From NCBI GenBank assembly GCA_024704765.1, contig JAKMXF010000340.1, positions 159,911 through 223,910 of the forward strand: a stretch of 64,000 bases of DNA, given 5' to 3'. Position numbers and translations under genes: made by a program. A model generated the notes under the pieces. It saw only the letters and a program-made list of their open reading frames with translations, was not told the origin of the DNA and did no database searches. Source of the stretch: Oopsacas minuta (Eukaryota > Animalia > Porifera). This document shows, in pieces, positions 60,701 through 64,000 of this stretch. Each line of letters begins with the position of its first letter. The stretch's first letter is position 1.

Positions 60701-62974
60701 CATCTTTGTTTGATAACTCCACACTTCTCAAATGGATCTATCACTCATTTCAAGTATTAAATCCAAAGACAAATATATCTAGCAATTGAAAAGATAAGTA
60801 GAGGGAGTCTCCCAAAACCAACGCTCCGAGAATCTGACAATCCCTCTTCAATGGGCGGAAGCCATGCCCCTAACATGTCCGTTATTCAGAGGCTTCACTG
60901 TAGTTGATTAAATAACAAACTTCTTGACTTTTCAACGACTTTAAATTGAAGTTTTTGTCAGGTATAATTTGCTCAAATCCAAAGGGAATTCAAAGAGGAT
61001 TACACCACAAAGGAGATTACTCGAAAGGCAGTTGGAAATACACGAGGTCCAGTTGTTGACAAAGCGAAGCAAATGCTGTCACTAGTATGGTTAGATGACG
61101 TCACCTTCCCATCAATTCGAAAACCAGCAAATCATCGAAACTCTCAAATGAATTTCAAATAAATCCATACACCATAGGACAGTAGTTTGAAGAAAGAATT
61201 CGTACATTTTGCTCTTAGAAACTTCAAATCAACTTTGGAGTTCTAACATGATCCCAATAGATTTTGCGAAAATTAGTCTCAAAACGTTTCTACATACCAA
61301 AAAGTGTTCAAATCACAAGAAAACATCAGTGGCATTGGGAAGATCCATCTTCCATGTAATTACCAGTGAATGTGGCCGTTGGAATCTAATCTCTAAGTCT
61401 AAGATCTTCTTGATAAATCTACACGTGTTTCTATGGCATATCGTACGAATGAGCTCTCCCAATCACTCATGGAGTCTTAAGCTTAGTGACTACATACAAT
61501 GAAGGGTTATTTTGAAACCTCACATGTTATTGTATATACTACGCGGAGTAGAACTCGGATAAGACTATGCGAAAAATGATTTTGTATAAGCAACACGATT
61601 TTTTTAATTTTTTTAATTTTTTCTTGCAATAGTTAAGTAACGATTATACCCTGAGTGTTTTCTCAAACTTTCGGGGGGGCAGCACATCTGACGGGAGGTG
61701 TTGTCAGAATTCCGGGTGGCAAGGTCTAAAAGTGAGAATATCTTGGGGAATACTCACCGGATTCCTTAGAGGGAACACTGATTATATGACAAACTTTCTA
61801 TATACATACCTGATTCTAATGTAGTCAGCAAAGCAACGTCACCCGTAGTATTCCCGTACTGATTCACAGCAGTTACAAACACTGTATACACCGTGAAAGG
61901 CCTCAGATTGGTTAGAGAACCAACTAGATTATCTGTAGATACTATACTAACTGGACCAGATAATATTTCGTTAGATTCACCGTAGAGAAGATAGGTGTGT
62001 ATATCTCCGTTAGGAAAAGAAGGCTGTGACCAGGTAACCGTGAGGGTATTTGATGTGGAGTTAATGAGAGTAGGAGCAGAGAAACCTTCAGGAACTAAAG
62101 TAGAGAAACATTTATAGCATAAATAATATATAGACAGAAAATAGAGGAATTTTTGTGAGAGAAATAATGTGAAATAGGAATTTTAGAAACGAAGAGTATA
62201 CACTATCCAGACCATTTTGCCAGATCATAAACAAAGTTCGTAGATTTCAAACATTACGACTTATTCCATGAATATAGCATGAACAATGAAATTTGGCTTT
62301 TGACATGAAATTTGGAATGAATTTAAAGTTCAAGGATATGGTAGGAACCTTTTACCACGTCATCTGACCACACTGATCTAAGACATATCCGGTGGACATA
62401 CAGACGCGAGTATTTACAATACATATGTATTCACGATTATTCTACCATATCGTTACACTTAATATATAGTTTATTCGCGGAAAATAATAAGCATATCACT
62501 TTGAGAAGTTGGCATCATTTTGAGTACTATCTACAAATTGTTTCTGATTCGTAATAATGCTTTCGAATAGCAACTCACCAGTTCCCAAAGTCTCAAATAT
62601 AATTTCTTCACTTCTAATTCCACCTACTGTATTATTGACATCAAGATAGACAGTGTATGAATTGAATGGCAATAAATCCATAACCACAACATCTCCACTC
62701 TCGACACCGCTATGTACAACCATAACAACTTCCTGATCGATAGTAGCATTGAATACACCCCTAGCAAATAGTGTATATGTAACAAAACCATTCGGGTTAA
62801 AAATTGGATAAATTCGTATTGTAAGTGTGGTAGATGTACGTGATGATAATGTGGGTGTTGTAATGCCTTCAGGTGATGCTTCGAGTGTGCTGGCTATTGT
62901 AGAGTCACTCGTACCACAGCCAATTATTGTACAGGCTTGTATACGGAGATTGTAGCTTGTGAATGGCTGTAAAT
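36706..62974 (-). CDS. USH2A: Usherin-like giant FN3 receptor (3' part; 5' exons beyond the window)
   Basis: 18 phase-consistent exons: 62579-62974, 61810-62094, 59265-59534, 49483-49779, 48570-49007, 48024-48376, 47479-47745, 46842-46974, 46270-46641, 45717-45958, 41188-45370, 40512-40737, 40164-40396, 39016-39195, 38867-38956, 38443-38562, 37761-37921, 36706-36786. They encode many FN3 repeats (W..P..PNG.I..Y, L.PFT.Y, ACT..GC), an internal CC-rich region as in usherin, a TM segment and the terminus DTRL*. Confidence 0.9.
41074..41158. mobile_element. Small hairpin MITE
   Basis: CAGGGTTGCCGTGGGTA / TACCCACGGCAACCCTA inverted ends. Confidence 0.55.
47269..47453. mobile_element. Tc1/mariner-pogo-type MITE, 185 bp
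   Basis: TIR CAGTGGAGTCTCC / GGAGACTCCACTG, TA on both sides; homolog at 55924-56107 and partial copy at about 60803-60900. Confidence 0.85.
50550..52538 (+). CDS. LRR-EGF single-pass receptor 1, intronless, antisense in an usherin intron
   Basis: 662 aa: signal peptide, LRRs (LxxLxLxxN), LRRCT (NDPFICDCRLQW..C), Ca-binding EGF repeats (DFDEC, DVNEC), TM, tail with NPYY, YNSI and terminal DYETL. Confidence 0.92.
   Translation: MKKIGNICLLLGLVTYLYYYAVVEAVDCSTGAGYCNYYSNYLRCYITNNETQGIKSLLSYCSGQSTGFVTIYVYKNYLSTVYGNLIIDIELASNIQFLYIYYSRDQDNIRLTTSSQNTGLTRIYSNYHIQLESGNFFNYFTGLKSIYTSYCITKETPSFTNLQYLTYLFARIIGSSTRTFDNTIVRGLSNLVVLSFYNSDFNGITTGSLDGLNSLTFLSFQNNKLSSIEDGTFDELPSLLTLHLQNNGLRITSNNVFEGLNELTEMRLDGNPGFPIEALIHTRSLRYVNLQYNEYHTLEPYVFQQMKSPSSIHIYLNDPFICDCRLQWTSIVSQYGVYIYYGLCSEPNIFSQKSITNTQLYSNCSQTESYQCFNKSITCPSNQVCHNTQDGYFCNCPRGYSLHNSGECRDFDECDEETECEHTCDNTQGSYHCGCEEGYELATNGYDCEDVNECQEWNGGCEFGCSNSIGSYQCYCEYGHKLYNETQCEESIECELMGDSYNTSLGSSFTCKGGFNISIFNLSCLSVNPQEIILSSETTSQSTILSTKSEFGLAIPALGLMSISLVFNVFQLIVIICLLVFVIRKMNTMQGASKLKDANDPHIHSNPYYNEAMYNSIDELENQESSTAVTGETKANLKNLPKFLAPQNYPGMQDEIADYETL
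52917..53200. mobile_element. GC-rich foldback/MITE-like element built from inverted subrepeats
   Basis: Two GTCCCCCGGAC..GGCACTAGGG units, then several reverse-complement units CCCTAGTG..GTCCGGGGGAC; ends CCGGTGTCA / TGACACTAC. Confidence 0.7.
53221..53323. repeat. 40-bp near-perfect inverted repeat (hairpin)
   Basis: ATGAATTATACATATATTATAAAGTTGAAACCTGTATAAT (53221-53260) is mirrored at 53284-53323. Confidence 0.85.
53539..55425 (+). CDS. LRR-EGF single-pass receptor 2, with a non-homologous TM and tail
   Basis: 628 aa; ectodomain homologous to receptor 1; TM VICVLSVIIGILLIYIA then RQKRR; the tail lacks NPYY and YETL. Confidence 0.9.
   Translation: MKKMGNKCLLLCLVICLYCYVEVEMSDCRNEAGFCDYYRSYLECYIFNNETQYIKSLLSYCSGQSTGFDIIIVYKNYVSRVYGNLIIDIELASNIQRLKIFNLKDQDYIRLTTSSQNTGLTRIFVSSSYNIQLESGNFFNYFTDLKSIFVGYCISKETPSFTNLQYLTYLSVKIVGVSLRTFDNTIVRGLSNLIYLSFHNSDFNGINKGSLDGLNSLTLLSFQNNKLSIIEDGTFSELSSLLRLNLQNNGIKIISNNVFEGLTELTYLRLDENPGFPIEALIHTRSLRDVNIEYNDYHTLDPYVFQQMKSLSRIYLSDPFICDCSLQWTSIVSQYGVNINNGFCSEPNNFLLKYITNPKLYTNCSQTESYQCFDKSITCPSKEVCHNIQDSHFCGCPIGYLQHSSGECVDEDECEVVTECEHACENTKGSYNCICEEGYKLAKNGYDCDDVNECQEWNGGCQFGCRNTIGSFECYCELGHQLHNETHCESKIQCDVVDSNGSHENSFKCQGGFNLTITNLTCSKMSDTTRHVTTVAIKVTTNTTKVICVLSVIIGILLIYIARQKRRSQNVMTIGQETKNMGIIAKDRNILTNITADCYKHSMMPTKDMFPHPRSIGQQDTVDIENNK
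55924..56107. mobile_element. MITE, same family as 47269-47453
   Basis: CAGCGGAGTCTCC...GGAGACTCTACTG, TA flanks. Confidence 0.85.
56460..58414 (+). CDS. LRR-EGF single-pass receptor 3; 1-nt deletion just after the ATG (pseudogene or sequence error)
   Basis: ATGAAGAAGGAGGTAAT (17 nt) versus 18 nt in the paralogs. The ATG frame stops after 10 codons; the long frame 56486-58414 is intact with the same tail as receptor 1. Confidence 0.85.
58725..59183. mobile_element. pogo/Tigger-like non-autonomous element
   Basis: Ends AGCGCAACCTCTATAAG / CTTATAGAGGTTCTACT; homologous to 19400-19678. Confidence 0.55.
60050..61030. repeat. Local direct duplication; second copy interrupted by a MITE fragment
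   Basis: TTGATAACTC..ACAAATAT..GCAATTGAAAAGATAA at about 60053-60141 and 60710-60797; AAGAGGATTACACCAC at about 60199 and 60993. Confidence 0.65.
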
Positions 62975-63427
62975 CTATATAGGAGATAACACATATAAGT
63001 AATTTAATAAGATTCCACTTATATTTCTGCCAGATGTTTCTATTCACTTTTCAGTGTGTTGAAAGGTCACTTTTATTCTGAAGGAATGAAGTTTTTTAAT
63101 ATAAAATTCTCGCAGACAATATCGGTCGTCAACATCTAAGTAAACTGTTCAAGAATCAGCCAAGCCAAAACATTGTAACAAACGAGTCTCATGTAATTGT
63201 ATGCATTACTATATTAATAGACAATTGTAACTCAATACCACCAATATAATTATGTAATTGTTATAATATTACTGAAATAATGTAAGGAGAATTATGTAAT
63301 GTGTTTATCTGATTTAAGGGATTGGTGTAATAAAAATATAATTTTCTGAAAGTATGCAAGCAGCGCAAGATGCATATCGTACAGTTCACGTATAAATATA
63401 AAATTCTAAATATTTAAAACATTTAAA

Positions 63428-64000
63428 ATGACTTTCCATTTCTCGATTACAAAGTTAACTACCTTCGGTATCATAAGTTTGTGTGCCTCGATTTGCTACA
63501 CAGTATGGATTGTAAAAGTAACCAAACATCTTAAACAATGCATAACAAAGTACAGACTAAACAAGAGAATGGATTTCCGTGACATCCGTGAACGTTATAG
63601 AATTCTCTACAATTTTGAAACTCATATAGTTAAAGACATAATATTACTCATTGTATGCTGTGCTGAAATCTGTGAACCGTTTATGGGTATAATAACTGGT
63701 GTTGTCATTTCATATTACAACTTCCACAAACAGCCTGGAAATGATCAATATCTTCAATTCAATACAATGACTAACTCAACCAGATGTACCTTGAAACAAA
63801 CAATTCTGGATTTCAATGCGTATGTACTGCTATCCACATTCCCAGAATACTGGTATATGTATTCAACCACCCTTCTAATAATAATCTGTCAACTGTTTCT
63901 GATTTTACTCTCATTCTTAACACAGTATCTCTCGAAGAGATATTTCCTTCATTCTATAAGGAAAACTAGCATTGCTCATTTCACTCTTGCAATGATACAA
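63428..64000 (+). CDS. Third member of the orphan 7TM family, truncated by the window end (absent from the ORF track)
   Basis: Open frame from ATG 63428: MTFHFSITKLTTFGIISLCASICYTVWIVKV..DFRD..YNFETHIVKDIILLIVCCAEICE..LLSFLTQYLSKRY, matching copies A and B. Confidence 0.88.
   Translation, partial: MTFHFSITKLTTFGIISLCASICYTVWIVKVTKHLKQCITKYRLNKRMDFRDIRERYRILYNFETHIVKDIILLIVCCAEICEPFMGIITGVVISYYNFHKQPGNDQYLQFNTMTNSTRCTLKQTILDFNAYVLLSTFPEYWYMYSTTLLIIICQLFLILLSFLTQYLSKRYFLHSIRKTSIAHFTLAMIQ

Noticed and set aside
723-62974. Functional microvillar gene cluster (myosin-I, tetraspanin, usherin)
   Set aside because: Proximity alone is weak evidence, unrelated genes intervene, and synteny cannot be tested here.
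1-64000. tRNA/rRNA genes, an intact transposase, or a prokaryotic operon or defence island
   Set aside because: None recognised; abundant phase-consistent GT-AG introns indicate a eukaryotic nuclear locus.

Overview
AT-rich, intron-containing animal DNA. The expanded TRAF, NHL and orphan 7TM families and the compact introns suggest a sponge-like early-branching metazoan; this is inference, not a database result. Two large spliced genes on the minus strand frame the window: a myosin-Id-like class I myosin (10 exons, 18478->723, tail leaves the window) and an usherin (USH2A)-like receptor (18 exons, 62974->36706, 5' part outside the window) ending in the PDZ-binding motif DTRL. Both carry intronless genes inside their introns. 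The myosin hosts a ZnT transporter, a Cys/His zinc-module protein with a Q/G/P/H/M/Y repeat, and two NHL proteins. Usherin hosts three LRR-EGF-TM receptors and probably an orphan 7TM gene. Between the two hosts lie a 6-exon secreted precursor (acidic pro-region, GKR site, cationic DM9-like domain), two TRAF-like genes with an inverted remnant, a tetraspanin, and a palindromic pair of orphan 7TM genes. Many MITEs are present. The strongest leads are the LRR receptor trio diversifying on the concave face with swapped tails, the shuffled double Cys/His zinc module, and the secreted precursor. All splice models were read by hand and checked for GT-AG sites and phase; no searches were run.
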